Source of the DNA: Desulfitobacteriaceae bacterium
GTDB lineage: Bacteria; Bacillota; Dehalobacteriia; Dehalobacteriales; Dehalobacteriaceae
Assembly: GCA_028709045.1 (NCBI GenBank)
Contig: JAQVXR010000001.1
Coordinates: 31,221 to 95,220, forward strand
Length of the DNA stretch: 64,000 nucleotides
Direction of reading: 5' to 3'
The notes beneath the pieces are model-generated. The model was not told the DNA's origin, did not search any database, and saw only the letters and a list, made by a program, of their open reading frames with translations. A program made the translations under genes and the position numbers. Position 1 is the first letter of the stretch, and every line of letters starts with the position of its first letter. Below are positions 47,183 through 59,576 of the stretch, one piece after another.

Positions 47183-48031
47183 GTGCTGTATATTGGGGCT
47201 GCTTTTGCATTATTGGCAGTAATTATTCTTTGGTACTTCGGTGTATTTAAGAGGCAAAAAGCAAGCAGTGAAGGGGACAATCCGGAAGGCGGAGTTGATC
47301 TCTCCAGGAAATTGATTCAGGCCAAGGGCGCTCTCTCGGAAACAATGCTGAACAGATTAAATGATTATGGTATTCAGCAGGTGCCGGAGGCGATAGAGTT
47401 GTGGCCTCGAATTGCCCCGGAAATAAAAAAAGAGCTGGTTGATTTTTGGGAATCTCAAGGCTTTATTAAGGATTATCTTAGTGATCTTGGCACTAAAGAT
47501 GAAGGTAAACGGGCTGAAGCAGCTCGCATCCTGATTAGTCTTAAAGAAAAGAGAATCATTCCCTTATTGGTCGATGCTTTATCTCAGCCAGAGAAATACT
47601 TACCTGCTCGGGTTGCTGAAGTATTGGCGGCATTTGGTACTGATACTGTGGATTATTTAAGCGGCATGTTATTTGATTTACCTGATAAGACAAAGTCTTT
47701 AGCCATTGATATTCTTCAGGAAATTGCTGATGACCGGGCGGTAGTACCGCTTATCAAAGAATTAGCGGCAGAGTCTCCTGAGATACGTCAAAAGGCAGTA
47801 TCTGCTCTGGGGGAAATCGGCAACCCTAAGGCGTTGGAGAACCTAATCAACTTAATGGGGGATGTTGAGTGGAAAGTAAGGTCGATGACAGCCAGGGCGC
47901 TGGGTCAACTTGGATGTCCTGAGGCAATTCCTGTATTGCAAAAAGCGCTTAATGATGAAGCTTGGTGGGTGCGGGTTAATGCCCGGGATGCCTTAGACAA
48001 GCTGGTCGTCAATGAGAAAAAACATGCTTGA
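47183..48031 (+). CDS. HEAT-repeat (PBS-lyase-like) protein with N-terminal TM anchor
   Basis: Repeated ...AA.ALG.IG...A...L segments (e.g. IRQKAVSALGEIGNPKA, VRSMTARALGQLGCPEA); GTG start behind GGGGGAGA. Confidence 0.75.
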   Translation: MLYIGAAFALLAVIILWYFGVFKRQKASSEGDNPEGGVDLSRKLIQAKGALSETMLNRLNDYGIQQVPEAIELWPRIAPEIKKELVDFWESQGFIKDYLSDLGTKDEGKRAEAARILISLKEKRIIPLLVDALSQPEKYLPARVAEVLAAFGTDTVDYLSGMLFDLPDKTKSLAIDILQEIADDRAVVPLIKELAAESPEIRQKAVSALGEIGNPKALENLINLMGDVEWKVRSMTARALGQLGCPEAIPVLQKALNDEAWWVRVNARDALDKLVVNEKKHA

Positions 48032-48124
48032 GGCTAATTTATCTTATAATGAAGAAGTTTTTGGATTAAAAACCTTACCCATGCCGGTTATTTAGAAGGT
48101 CTGTGGTTTAAGGAGGGTTAAACA

Positions 48125-48316
48125 GTGGACAGGTTCCATCTGGGTGATGTGGTTAAATTAAAAAAGGCTCATCCATGCGGGGGATTTGAGTGGGAGATAA
48201 TGAGAACAGGGATGGATTTTCGGATAAAATGTCTAACCTGCGGTCGTCAGGTTATGATTTCCCGCCCGGATTTTGAAAAGCGGGTAAAAAAAATTATCAA
48301 AAGTGCTCAGGACTAA
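48125..48316 (+). CDS. DUF951-family small protein
   Basis: GDVVKLKKAHPCGG..W...R.G.D...KC..C pattern. Conserved position between ychF and rpsF in Firmicutes. GTG behind AAGGAGGG. Confidence 0.8.
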   Translation: MDRFHLGDVVKLKKAHPCGGFEWEIMRTGMDFRIKCLTCGRQVMISRPDFEKRVKKIIKSAQD

Positions 48317-48349
48317 TGATTATTCCATTCTGCCTGGACAAAAAATAAT

Positions 48350-48378
48350 TTGTTTGTGTTGTCAATTTATGTTATAAT
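48350..48378 (+). promoter_or_regulatory. Candidate sigma-A promoter of the rpsF operon
   Basis: TTGTTT (48350-55), 17-nt spacer, TATAAT (48373-78); A-tract upstream. Confidence 0.5.
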
Positions 48379-48401
48379 GTCCTAGTGTCATATCGTATAT
48401 G

Positions 48402-48440
48402 TCCCTGCCCCGTAAGGCGCAAAGCGCCGGGGCCGTAAGT
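48402..48440 (+). promoter_or_regulatory. Structured rpsF 5' leader, possible S6:S18 autoregulatory motif
   Basis: gcccc-gtaa-ggcgc-aaa-gcgcc-ggggc hairpin with the duplicated element ccgtaag, just before the RBS. Confidence 0.35.
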
Positions 48441-48453
48441 CCAAAGGGAGGAG

Positions 48454-48750
48454 GTGAAGGTCATGCGAGCATATGAAACACTGTATATCATTAGACCCGA
48501 TTTAGATGAGGAAAAAGTACAGGCGACAATTGAGAAGTATTCCTCGCTGATCCAGAACAACGGTGGTGAGCTGGTCAAGGTGGATCCATGGGGTAAACGT
48601 CGGCTGGCTTATGAAGTGAAAAAGTTCCATGAGGGCTACTATGTACTTGTTAATTTTAAAGGCACTCAGGAAACACCCGCTGAACTGGAACGGAACTTTA
48701 AAATATCTGATGATGTTATCCGTTACTTAATTGTTAAAGAAGAAGAGTAA
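48454..48750 (+). CDS. rpsF: 30S ribosomal protein S6
   Basis: MRAYETLYIIRPDLDEE...WGKRRLAY is a canonical S6 sequence. Confidence 0.93.
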   Translation: MKVMRAYETLYIIRPDLDEEKVQATIEKYSSLIQNNGGELVKVDPWGKRRLAYEVKKFHEGYYVLVNFKGTQETPAELERNFKISDDVIRYLIVKEEE

Positions 48751-48772
48751 AATGCGCAGGTGGTGAGGTTAG

Positions 48773-49165
48773 GTGCTAAATCGCATCATATTAATCGGCA
48801 GACTAACAAAAGATCCTGAACTCCGTTATACACCTAACAACGGTGTTGCGGTGGCAACCTTTACCCTGGCGGTGGACCGGATGAGGAAAAATGCTCAAGG
48901 GGAAAGGGATACGGATTTTATAAACATTGTTGTTTGGCAGAAGCAAGCGGAAAATTGTGCAAACTATCTGTCTAAGGGGAAATTAGCTGCTGTAGATGGC
49001 CGACTGCAAATTAGAAGTTATCAGGGACAGGACGGACAGCGCCGTTGGGTAACCGAAGTTGTGGCAGAAACTGTTCGCTTTTTAAGCCCAAAAGACTCAA
49101 GCGGCGGACCCAGTGATTTTATTGATGCGGAAGGTGCACCCCCTGATGACGATTTGCCATTTTAG
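48773..49165 (+). CDS. ssb: Single-stranded DNA-binding protein
   Basis: [23 protein letters not shown]-fold; acidic tail DDDLPF. Confidence 0.93.
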   Translation: MLNRIILIGRLTKDPELRYTPNNGVAVATFTLAVDRMRKNAQGERDTDFINIVVWQKQAENCANYLSKGKLAAVDGRLQIRSYQGQDGQRRWVTEVVAETVRFLSPKDSSGGPSDFIDAEGAPPDDDLPF

Positions 49166-49184
49166 GATGTAAGGAGGATAAAAA

Positions 49185-49448
49185 ATGTCTGAACACGACC
49201 GTGGTGAACGACCACGTGGCCGGGGCAATCGAGGCCGACGTGGCCGTAAGCGCGTTTGCAGTTTTTGTGTTGATAAAGTTGATGTTATTGATTACAAGGA
49301 TATAGGCAAGTTAAAAAAACACATTACCGAAAGGGGAAAGATTCTTCCCCGGCGGATCTCCGGAAACTGTGCGAAACACCAGCGCACTTTAACGCTGGCT
49401 ATTAAAAGGGCTCGAAACATAGCGTTATTGCCCTATACAACGGAATAA
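49185..49448 (+). CDS. rpsR: 30S ribosomal protein S18
   Basis: CSFC..K...IDYKD...[21 protein letters not shown] is a canonical S18 sequence. Confidence 0.93.
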   Translation: MSEHDRGERPRGRGNRGRRGRKRVCSFCVDKVDVIDYKDIGKLKKHITERGKILPRRISGNCAKHQRTLTLAIKRARNIALLPYTTE

Positions 49449-49456
49449 TTAATGAT

Positions 49457-49486
49457 AACAGGGGAAGCGCAGGCTCCCCTGTTTTA
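49457..49486 (+). terminator. Intrinsic terminator after rpsR
   Basis: aacagggga pairs with tcccctgtt, followed by tttt. Confidence 0.8.
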
Positions 49487-49629
49487 TATAAAAAACAGAA
49501 AGGAGAAACCGTTCCGGGTTTTGACAAGTCAGCTTTGGACTGTCATAAATTGTCCGATTTTGGTGGCAGGAAAAGAATAATTGACTGCAGAAATTATATG
49601 AATATTTTTTCTGGGAGGGGGATAATTTT

Positions 49630-49947
49630 ATGTACTCCAACACCAGGGATTTTGACATTGCCAAAAATGTAAAGGTAATTGATTGGTTAAAGGCTGAACT
49701 TGTTGGTTCCGTGGCAGCCCTTCTAAAGGCAATGGTAAAAGGCAGTGAGGGGCTTATTTTGGAATGTATAACGGGAATACTAATTACTACTTATCTTTTG
49801 GGCAAAAGATTAGGAATGTCCTATGCCCGCATTGATTTAAATATGAAAACTAAATTGCGGGAGAGCGTTATGAAAGGGCATGAAGTAGAAAAGTGGTATG
49901 GGGACTTATCCAGTTTGCTAAAATATGTGGAGGATAATCGGCGGTGA
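49630..49947 (+). CDS. Small conserved hypothetical protein (possibly MazG-like), upstream of the yybS-like gene
   Basis: 105-aa ORF behind GGGAGGGGG; its stop overlaps the next start. The family assignment is from memory and weak. Confidence 0.5.
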   Translation: MYSNTRDFDIAKNVKVIDWLKAELVGSVAALLKAMVKGSEGLILECITGILITTYLLGKRLGMSYARIDLNMKTKLRESVMKGHEVEKWYGDLSSLLKYVEDNRR

Positions 49948-50933
49948 CATTAAACAAATCAACTTCTCCAATTACGGTGCGCGCCATGACGGAAGGGGCG
50001 CTGATGGCGGCCATAGCCACATTGCTGGGTATTATTGGCATCTATATACCTGTCCTGTCGTTTGTCACAGGCTTGTTTTGGGCGATTCCGATTATTTTGC
50101 TTATTATGCGGCATGATATCAGATTAGGTGTGATGGGAGTGGTTGTTGCCGGAGGTCTTATTTCTATTTTGGCCGGCCCGGTTCAGGCGATATTGCTGGT
50201 CGTCAATCTTGGCGGGATGGCAATTGCCTATGGCTACTGTTTCAAAAAAAATCTTTCTCCCATGAAAGCCTTGTTATTGGGAACGTTAATCACTGCAGTT
50301 TCAACCGCTGCGACGATAGTGCTGTCTGCTTTCGTGGCTAACCTGCCTATTTCCCAGTGGATTTCAGAAATTAAGATAGCAGTTGATGAGGCCTTTAAAA
50401 CATACGAAAACATGGGAATTATGGAACGGATGCTGCCTGAGGGAATTTCGCCGGAACAGTATAAACAGCAAATTTTTCAAATGATTGACACATTACTGCC
50501 GGGAGCTTATATTACAGCTTCCATGGGTGTGGCTTTGGTAAACTACTTGATAGCCCGGAAAATATTAAGAAGGTTAAGGTATGAAATCCCGGATATGCCT
50601 CCTTTTAGGGAATGGCACTTTCCCTGGGTTATTGTATGGGGTATTATTGGCGGTTTGGGGTGTTTGTTGTTAGGAAATCACCTTGGACACCGGCTGCTTA
50701 TACTGATAGGCCAAAATATTTTATATATCTATTATCCATTACTGTTGATTTCCGGCATTTCGGTTGTGGTTTTTTATTGGAAAAGTTATCGACTTACCCC
50801 TCCGATGAAGGCATTGATTATTATTGGTATCATCATGTTCAGCCATATAATTTTTATGCTTTTATTGGTAGTTGGCTTGTTCGATCCATTATTTGATTAC
50901 CGCCGTTTTATCAGGACGGGGGCAGAGCAATGA
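49944..50933 (+). CDS. YybS-like (DUF2232) integral membrane protein
   Basis: Polytopic protein in the conserved position before gdpP, as in Bacillus yybS-yybT. Confidence 0.75.
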   Translation: MTLNKSTSPITVRAMTEGALMAAIATLLGIIGIYIPVLSFVTGLFWAIPIILLIMRHDIRLGVMGVVVAGGLISILAGPVQAILLVVNLGGMAIAYGYCFKKNLSPMKALLLGTLITAVSTAATIVLSAFVANLPISQWISEIKIAVDEAFKTYENMGIMERMLPEGISPEQYKQQIFQMIDTLLPGAYITASMGVALVNYLIARKILRRLRYEIPDMPPFREWHFPWVIVWGIIGGLGCLLLGNHLGHRLLILIGQNILYIYYPLLLISGISVVVFYWKSYRLTPPMKALIIIGIIMFSHIIFMLLLVVGLFDPLFDYRRFIRTGAEQ

Positions 50934-51011
50934 AATGGCTGACGCATTTTTGCCAATAAGCATAAGAGTTAAGGTGCTGTCCCTTTTCCAAACTGAAAGG
51001 AGTTTCCCCGG

Positions 51012-52895
51012 GTGATAGAGTGTTACTTTTTCAGTGTGTTTTTCTTTTTGGCATTTATTATTGTATCAGCTTGGCATATTCGCCAGAAACGAAAATGGCA
51101 GATTTGCCGGGAGGATTTAAACCGGAGGATCAACGTTGTAAGTGAGACGGTATTATTCTCCTTTCCCATTGGAGTTTTGGTGACCGATCAGAAGGGAACC
51201 ATTCAATGGCATAATGATGTGTTTGCCGGGATGCTTGGACGGGAGGGAGTTATTAAGGGAAAAATTGTTCAGTACCTTCCGGAACTGGCTTTGCGGAGGC
51301 ATACTTGGTTCCCCAGATGGAAGACTTCTCAATTGGTTCTAAACGGTCGGACTTACCAGGTGGAAAGCAGGGAATTAAACAAAGAAGACGGGGAAAACCG
51401 CCTGCTGTTAACCTTTGAAGATATTACTGAACAGATTAATTTGGATCGGCGTTTCCAGGAAGAACGTCCGGTCATTGGAGTTGTCCAGATTGATAATTTT
51501 TCCGAAGCTTTTCAGGGTGTGGATGATGAAAAAAGGGCGGTGCTTTTAGCCGGTGTTGATAAAGTCTTAAATGAATGGGTCGGCAGATTGGAAGGGATAT
51601 TAAAAAAATTTGCCGATGACAGATACTTACTGGTGATTACTCAGGGGGTCCTCCAAGAAAGTCAAAAAACCCGTTTCGAAATTATCGACCGGGTAAGGGA
51701 AATCGGACAGGAAAGCAAAATTCCCATTACCCTAAGCATCGGAATTGGAGTAGGAGAAGAAACATTAACGGATTTGGCCCGTCTGGCTTATTTAGGGCTG
51801 GATCTGGCTCAAGGCCGAGGCGGTGACCAGGTAGTTTTAAAATGGTCAAATAAAGTTCTCTATTATGGAGGAAAGAGCAGTGCGCCGGAAAAGAAAACCA
51901 AAGTTAGAGCCAGGGTAGTGGCATCTACTTTGAAGCACCTTATCCAAGAAGCAGCCAATATCGTTATTATGGGGCATGAAAATTCCGACTTGGACAGTGC
52001 CGGCTCATCCCTTGGTGTTGCTCGGCTTGCACTATACTACGGAAAACAGGTTTATCTGGTCTTAGATAATGCCGCCGGCGCTTTGGATAAGCTTTTTGCT
52101 GCGGTTAAGGATTATCCTGAGTATAGGCAGATGATCGTTGCCGGCAGGGATGCTCTTCAATACACAGGAAGAGATACTCTGCTAGTAATTTGCGATACCC
52201 ATAAGCCCTCCCTCTTAATTGAACCGGCGATCTTGACAAAGGTAAAACACGCGGTAGTATTAGACCACCATCGCAGGGCAGAGGAATTTATCGATGATGC
52301 CCAGTTAATTTATGTAGAACCTTATGCTTCTTCTGCCAGTGAACTGGTAACGGAAATTATTCAGTATATGGATGAGGATATTTCCCTTGACCCATTGGTG
52401 GCGTCTGCCTTGCTGGCAGGAATTGTGGTGGATACTAAAAATTTTGTATTTCAAACGGGGGTACGTACTTTTGAGGCAGCGGCCTTTTTGAGAAGATCAG
52501 GGGCTGATCCGGGACTAATTCGAATGCTTTTGCAGGATGACTATGATACGGTTTTGCAGAGAGCGCAGGTGGTTAAGAACTCGGAAATCTGGTTCGGACA
52601 GGTGGTTGTTGCTACCATGGACCAGGTTGTGCCTCATGGAGCAGTTATTGCGGCACAGACTGCGGACATTTTGCTCACAGTGGAAAATGTCAAGGCCTCT
52701 TTTGTTGTTTATGCGGTTCAAGGTGGTACCAACATCAGCGGCCGGTCTAACGCTGATCTAAATGTCCAGGTTTTGTTGGAGCAATTGGGTGGCGGTGGGC
52801 ATCTTAATGTGGCTGGGGCCCAGTTAAAAGGAGTTTCCATAGAGGAAGCAAAGGAAAAGCTAAAAGGACTTTTGCAAGATTATTTTAATATTTAA
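51012..52895 (+). CDS. gdpP: Cyclic-di-AMP phosphodiesterase GdpP (TM-PAS-degenerate GGDEF-DHH/DHHA1)
   Basis: N-terminal TM, PAS-like segment, DHH-family motifs (NSDLDSAGS, VLDHHRR), DHHA1 GGGGH. Confidence 0.88.
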   Translation: MIECYFFSVFFFLAFIIVSAWHIRQKRKWQICREDLNRRINVVSETVLFSFPIGVLVTDQKGTIQWHNDVFAGMLGREGVIKGKIVQYLPELALRRHTWFPRWKTSQLVLNGRTYQVESRELNKEDGENRLLLTFEDITEQINLDRRFQEERPVIGVVQIDNFSEAFQGVDDEKRAVLLAGVDKVLNEWVGRLEGILKKFADDRYLLVITQGVLQESQKTRFEIIDRVREIGQESKIPITLSIGIGVGEETLTDLARLAYLGLDLAQGRGGDQVVLKWSNKVLYYGGKSSAPEKKTKVRARVVASTLKHLIQEAANIVIMGHENSDLDSAGSSLGVARLALYYGKQVYLVLDNAAGALDKLFAAVKDYPEYRQMIVAGRDALQYTGRDTLLVICDTHKPSLLIEPAILTKVKHAVVLDHHRRAEEFIDDAQLIYVEPYASSASELVTEIIQYMDEDISLDPLVASALLAGIVVDTKNFVFQTGVRTFEAAAFLRRSGADPGLIRMLLQDDYDTVLQRAQVVKNSEIWFGQVVVATMDQVVPHGAVIAAQTADILLTVENVKASFVVYAVQGGTNISGRSNADLNVQVLLEQLGGGGHLNVAGAQLKGVSIEEAKEKLKGLLQDYFNI

Positions 52896-52933
52896 TAAAT
52901 GCCACAACTTGGCACGGATTGGGGGAATCGGAA

Positions 52934-53380
52934 ATGAAAGTTATTTTGATGCAGGATGTTAAGAACCTTGGCAAAAAAGGAGACGTGGTGGAAGCGGCAG
53001 AAGGATATGCCCGGAATTTTCTCCTTCCTAAGAGGCTGGTTGTTGAGGCGTCTAAGGCAAATTTAACTCAGCTAGCCCAGGAAAATGCCCATTTGAAAGC
53101 AAAAAAGGACAAGGAATTAGAACAAGCAAAGGCTACCGGAGAGAAGCTTCGAGAAGCTGTGATCAATATTTGTGCGAAAGCTGGCGAAGGAGGGCGGCTT
53201 TTTGGCTCTGTTACCAATAAAGAAATTTCCGAACAGGTTGCCGGCCAGTTTAAGGTAAAGGTAGATAAGCGCAAGATCGAAATTTCAGAGCCGATTAAAA
53301 ACCTAGGGACATACGAGGCGGTTATTAAACTGCACCCGGAGGTTCAAGTTAAGGTTAAAATTAATGTTTGTTCCCAGTGA
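52934..53380 (+). CDS. rplI: 50S ribosomal protein L9
   Basis: MKVILMQDVKNLGKKGDVVEAAEGYARNFLLPK is a canonical L9 sequence. ATG 52934 (track start 52919). Confidence 0.92.
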   Translation: MKVILMQDVKNLGKKGDVVEAAEGYARNFLLPKRLVVEASKANLTQLAQENAHLKAKKDKELEQAKATGEKLREAVINICAKAGEGGRLFGSVTNKEISEQVAGQFKVKVDKRKIEISEPIKNLGTYEAVIKLHPEVQVKVKINVCSQ

Positions 53381-53419
53381 TAAAAGGTATTAAACGTGCA
53401 GGAAAGAAAGGGGAAAGCA

Positions 53420-55336
53420 ATGAAAGGGTTCTTAGACAAAATTAAAGGCCCCAAACTATCTGACTTAAATATTGCTAGTGAGGAAATCGAACACCAGGTA
53501 GCCGCTGCTTATTCGCTGGTTAGTGATGTTTACGGTGCTGACCATATGGTGATCAAGGCCACAAAGCTAGAAGCATTACCGCTTCTCAGGTCAAAAAACA
53601 TCGGTGAAAGGGTGCTTGGCCTGCAGAAAATTGTATTTAAGGATCCTACACTTGATACCGTTCCCACAAGGGAGGAGATCCCCGAAAGGCTCAAGGAAAT
53701 AGAAGAAGAACTGGCTGATTATATTGCCAGGCGATCTGTGGAAGACCGTCTGGAGAAGATGATTACCGATCGAATGCAGGAACGCCATGAGGATTATGTA
53801 AAGGAAATTAAAATGCAGATCGTCCGGGAAAACAGCGGGCCGGAAAATGCTCAGACTTTGAAAAAGCTTGCGATTTTGGAAAAAATGGAGCATACGCAAC
53901 TTGCCCGATCTGCGATGGAGGTACTCAGGCCTCAGGTACTGGAGGAAGTTGTGGGACAGGCGAGAGCGGTAAAAGCTTTAATGGCGAAAATAGCATGTCC
54001 CTTTCCCCAACATGTAATTTTATATGGTCCTCCCGGAGTAGGAAAAACGTCTGCCGCTCGTTTGGTACTGGAGGCAGCTAAACAAATTAAAAACACATCT
54101 TTTTCTTCAGATGCTAATTTTATAGAAGTGGATGGAAACACTCTAAGGTGGGATCCTCGAGATGTCACCAACCCGCTTTTAGGCTCGGTGCATGACCCCA
54201 TTTATCAGGGTGCCAGGCGGGATTTAGCGGACACCGGCATTCCGGAACCAAAACCGGGGCTGGTTTCAGATGCCCATGGCGGGGTGCTGTTTATTGACGA
54301 AATCGGAGAAATGGATCCAATGCTTTTAAACAAGCTGTTAAAAGTCTTGGAAGATAAAAGAGTCTTTTTTGAATCATCCTATTATGATCCACACGATGAA
54401 AATGTGCCCCAATATATTAAACGTCTGTTTGAAGAGGGAGCCCCTGCCGATTTTGTTTTGATTGGAGCGACAACGCGGAGTGCCGAAGAATTGAATCCTG
54501 CACTACGATCCCGTTGTGCAGAAGTCTATTTTGAACCGTTATCCCCCGGTGATATCAAAGATATTGTAATCAAAGCGGCTGAAAAATTAGATGTGGATTT
54601 AGACCCTTCTGTTCCGGAGATTATTGCCGAGTACACAATTGAAGGAAGAAAAGCCAATAACATTTTGGCCGACGCATATGGGCTGGCATTGTATAAGCAG
54701 CTGGCATCACATCCTGACTTTTCCGATAGGATTCAAGTGACCCGGGAGGATGTTTATGAGGTGGTCCAGATTTCCCGCCTCGCTCCCTACGTTGTGCAGA
54801 AAGCATCCCCCACACCTGAAATCGGCAAGGTATTTGGATTGGGTGTGGCCGGCTTTGTCGGTTCTGTTTTAGAGATAGAAGCGGTGGTTTTCCCCTGCGG
54901 GAAAGAGGGAAAAGGACAAATCAGGTTTAATGATACAGCCGGCAGTATGGCCCGGGATTCTGTTTTTAATGCATCTTCCGTTTTTCGAAAAGTAACCGGT
55001 AAAGATTTGGCTGATTATGATGTTCATGTAAATGTGGTGGGAGGGGGAAATATTGACGGTCCCTCAGCAGGTACAGCTATTTTTACGGCAATTTTCAGTG
55101 CGGTAAACCAAAAACCTTTGCGCCAAGACGTGGCGATAACCGGTGAATTATCTATTCAAGGAAAGGTGAAACCGGTAGGCGGTGTGTTTGAGAAGATCTA
55201 CGGTGCCAAACAGGCAGGGATGACCAAAGTGCTGGTTCCTAAAGACAATGCTAACGATGTTCCGGCTGATTTAAAGGGGATTGAGGTTATTGCAGTTTCC
55301 ACCGTAGAAGAATCACTCCAACATCTGATGGGATAG
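53420..55336 (+). CDS. Lon-family ATP-dependent protease (LonC-like, spore-former type)
   Basis: Walker A GPPGVGKTS, Walker B VLFIDEIGE, Lon protease Ser (DGPSAG) and Lys (GKVKPVGG). Lies between rplI and dnaB. ATG 53420 behind AAAGGGGA. Confidence 0.85.
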   Translation: MKGFLDKIKGPKLSDLNIASEEIEHQVAAAYSLVSDVYGADHMVIKATKLEALPLLRSKNIGERVLGLQKIVFKDPTLDTVPTREEIPERLKEIEEELADYIARRSVEDRLEKMITDRMQERHEDYVKEIKMQIVRENSGPENAQTLKKLAILEKMEHTQLARSAMEVLRPQVLEEVVGQARAVKALMAKIACPFPQHVILYGPPGVGKTSAARLVLEAAKQIKNTSFSSDANFIEVDGNTLRWDPRDVTNPLLGSVHDPIYQGARRDLADTGIPEPKPGLVSDAHGGVLFIDEIGEMDPMLLNKLLKVLEDKRVFFESSYYDPHDENVPQYIKRLFEEGAPADFVLIGATTRSAEELNPALRSRCAEVYFEPLSPGDIKDIVIKAAEKLDVDLDPSVPEIIAEYTIEGRKANNILADAYGLALYKQLASHPDFSDRIQVTREDVYEVVQISRLAPYVVQKASPTPEIGKVFGLGVAGFVGSVLEIEAVVFPCGKEGKGQIRFNDTAGSMARDSVFNASSVFRKVTGKDLADYDVHVNVVGGGNIDGPSAGTAIFTAIFSAVNQKPLRQDVAITGELSIQGKVKPVGGVFEKIYGAKQAGMTKVLVPKDNANDVPADLKGIEVIAVSTVEESLQHLMG

Positions 55337-55379
55337 AAAGGGGGTAAACCCGAACTCCAAAGGGTTCATAGGGTGAGAT

Positions 55380-57790
<2,411 letters not shown>

Positions 57791-57804
57791 TATAACCATA
57801 CTAA

Positions 57805-57842
57805 GAAAAAACCCTTCTGCTCACACGACAGAAGGGTTTTTG
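57805..57842. terminator. Bidirectional intrinsic terminator
   Basis: aaaaacccttctg pairs with cagaagggttttt; lies between convergent ilvC and the tautomerase gene. Confidence 0.85.
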
Positions 57843-57844
57843 GA

Positions 57845-58030
57845 TTATTTATCTACAAAAAGGGTACCAGCTTCAGCATAGTTTTCTTTTTCCATTTCCC
57901 GAATAATAATTTTAACTGCTTCGGGCGGGCAAGCAAGTGTTTTTGTAATTGCTTCCGTTACTTGTTTTGCCATTTGCCGTTTCTGTTCAACAGTGCGTCC
58001 TTTGATAATTTCTACCTGGACTATCGGCAT
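57845..58030 (-). CDS. 4-oxalocrotonate tautomerase family protein
   Basis: MPIVQVEIIKGRTVEQKRQM has catalytic Pro1; 61 aa; RBS AGGAGG. Confidence 0.85.
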   Translation of the reverse strand: MPIVQVEIIKGRTVEQKRQMAKQVTEAITKTLACPPEAVKIIIREMEKENYAEAGTLFVDK

Positions 58031-58168
58031 TTTATCACCTCCTGGTATAACATACTATTCTTTGTACCGACATATTTTTCCTCCTGCTTAGTATGACCTT
58101 GCTTAAAATATATTATAAATCAGTAAAGAATTGGTTTGTCGGTGTTTTAAAAAAAATCATGAAAGGGA

Positions 58169-58372
58169 TTGGTCAAGGTGCGCTTAGTGGGGATTTTGGT
58201 AACTCTTCTGGGAACCTGGGCTTTTTTTCGACCTGATACAGTAATTAATGGCATTTACCGGAGCTTTTATAAAGAAAAGAATCCTCCAAAAGAGAGCCGG
58301 AGGGTTCTGGCTGCTCGGATTTTATCCCTGGTATGGGTATTGATCGGTTTAATTATCGCCTTGAAAGGCTAG
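58169..58372 (+). CDS. Small two-TM membrane protein (hypothetical)
   Basis: Hydrophobic ORF of about 64-67 aa; start ambiguous (TTG 58169 or GTG 58178); weak RBS. Confidence 0.4.
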   Translation: MVKVRLVGILVTLLGTWAFFRPDTVINGIYRSFYKEKNPPKESRRVLAARILSLVWVLIGLIIALKG

Positions 58373-58504
58373 CATGAGAGGGAGATAACACCTGTTTTTT
58401 TAGGACTTCTGCTCGTTTCTTTTTTTCTTTGCCCGACTGTTTATGATTCGATTTACACCAAAGCTTTTTTATAATGAAAGACGGAAAAGGTGGAGGTGTT
58501 TACA

Positions 58505-59509
58505 ATGGCGAAGTTTTTGTTACGGGCAGTCCTGGTTTTGGTGTTTCTTTGTTTCTTACTTTGCTGCCCGGCCCAGGGAGAGGAGGAGATTTCCCTTATT
58601 GTTAACCGGGGTAGTGTCACAGAGACAGTATATTTTACCGGATTAATGAAAGATAATGTTACTTACGGTCATTTGCGGCAGATTAGCCAGATAGCCGAAT
58701 TCCCAATCATATGGTGTAAAGATACTTCTTCCGTTGTCTGGCAAACCGGGCAGGGCTGTTTGATTTTAACTCGAGATTTGGAAATAGTTTATCTTGTGGG
58801 AAATGAAGTTCAGGAGTTTAATTGGCCTGTTACACCAATTATGAGAGAAGGGAAATTTTTTGTTCCATTGAGAATGACGGAACTTGCCGGTGTTTTTGTG
58901 GAATATGATCCCGCTACAAAAGCAAGAAGTCTCAGTATTCCGGAGGGATATTCATCTGAGCAAATATTTTTTCCTTACGAGGCATATCTGCTGGTTCAAG
59001 GGAAACTCATGGAAGAGCTGGCAAAAAGGCCGCAGAGAATCAGCGGTTATTCAACGGTATTTAATCCTGGCTATCGGTCTCGTACGACAAATTTAAAACT
59101 TGCTGCAGATATTTTAGACGGCTATAAAATTAAACCCGGAGAAAACTTTTCCTTTAATGATACGGTAGGGCCGCGTCTGCCACAAAGAGGGTTTGAAAAG
59201 GCTATTGTCTTTATTAACAAAAAACAGGTTGAAGATTATGGGGGTGGCGTTTGCCAGGTTTCTTCCACTTTGTATAACACGGTTTTAAAGGCGGGTTTAC
59301 CTATCCTGGAAAGGCACCCTCACAGCCTGCCTGTTACCTATGTTCCTAAGGGTAAAGATGCTACCGTTAGTTACGGTACTGCTGATTTTCGATTTCAGAA
59401 CAATACTCGATATCCAATAATCATTCGGGCATCTGTGGACAAAAGTACATTGACGATCGAACTTTTTAAGGAACGGGTTGAAATATATTCTTATGAGATG
59501 ATACAGTGA
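58505..59509 (+). CDS. VanW-family protein with N-terminal stalk-like domain
   Basis: VanW core YGGGVCQVSSTLYN; signal/anchor MAKFLLRAVLVLVFLCFLL. ATG 58505 behind GGTGGAGG (track start 58490). Confidence 0.8.
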   Translation: MAKFLLRAVLVLVFLCFLLCCPAQGEEEISLIVNRGSVTETVYFTGLMKDNVTYGHLRQISQIAEFPIIWCKDTSSVVWQTGQGCLILTRDLEIVYLVGNEVQEFNWPVTPIMREGKFFVPLRMTELAGVFVEYDPATKARSLSIPEGYSSEQIFFPYEAYLLVQGKLMEELAKRPQRISGYSTVFNPGYRSRTTNLKLAADILDGYKIKPGENFSFNDTVGPRLPQRGFEKAIVFINKKQVEDYGGGVCQVSSTLYNTVLKAGLPILERHPHSLPVTYVPKGKDATVSYGTADFRFQNNTRYPIIIRASVDKSTLTIELFKERVEIYSYEMIQ

Positions 59510-59576
59510 TATTCAAACTTTAAGTCCAACCATAATTCAGCAGTATTATAAGAGAGAATAGTGGCGGTTTCTATGG

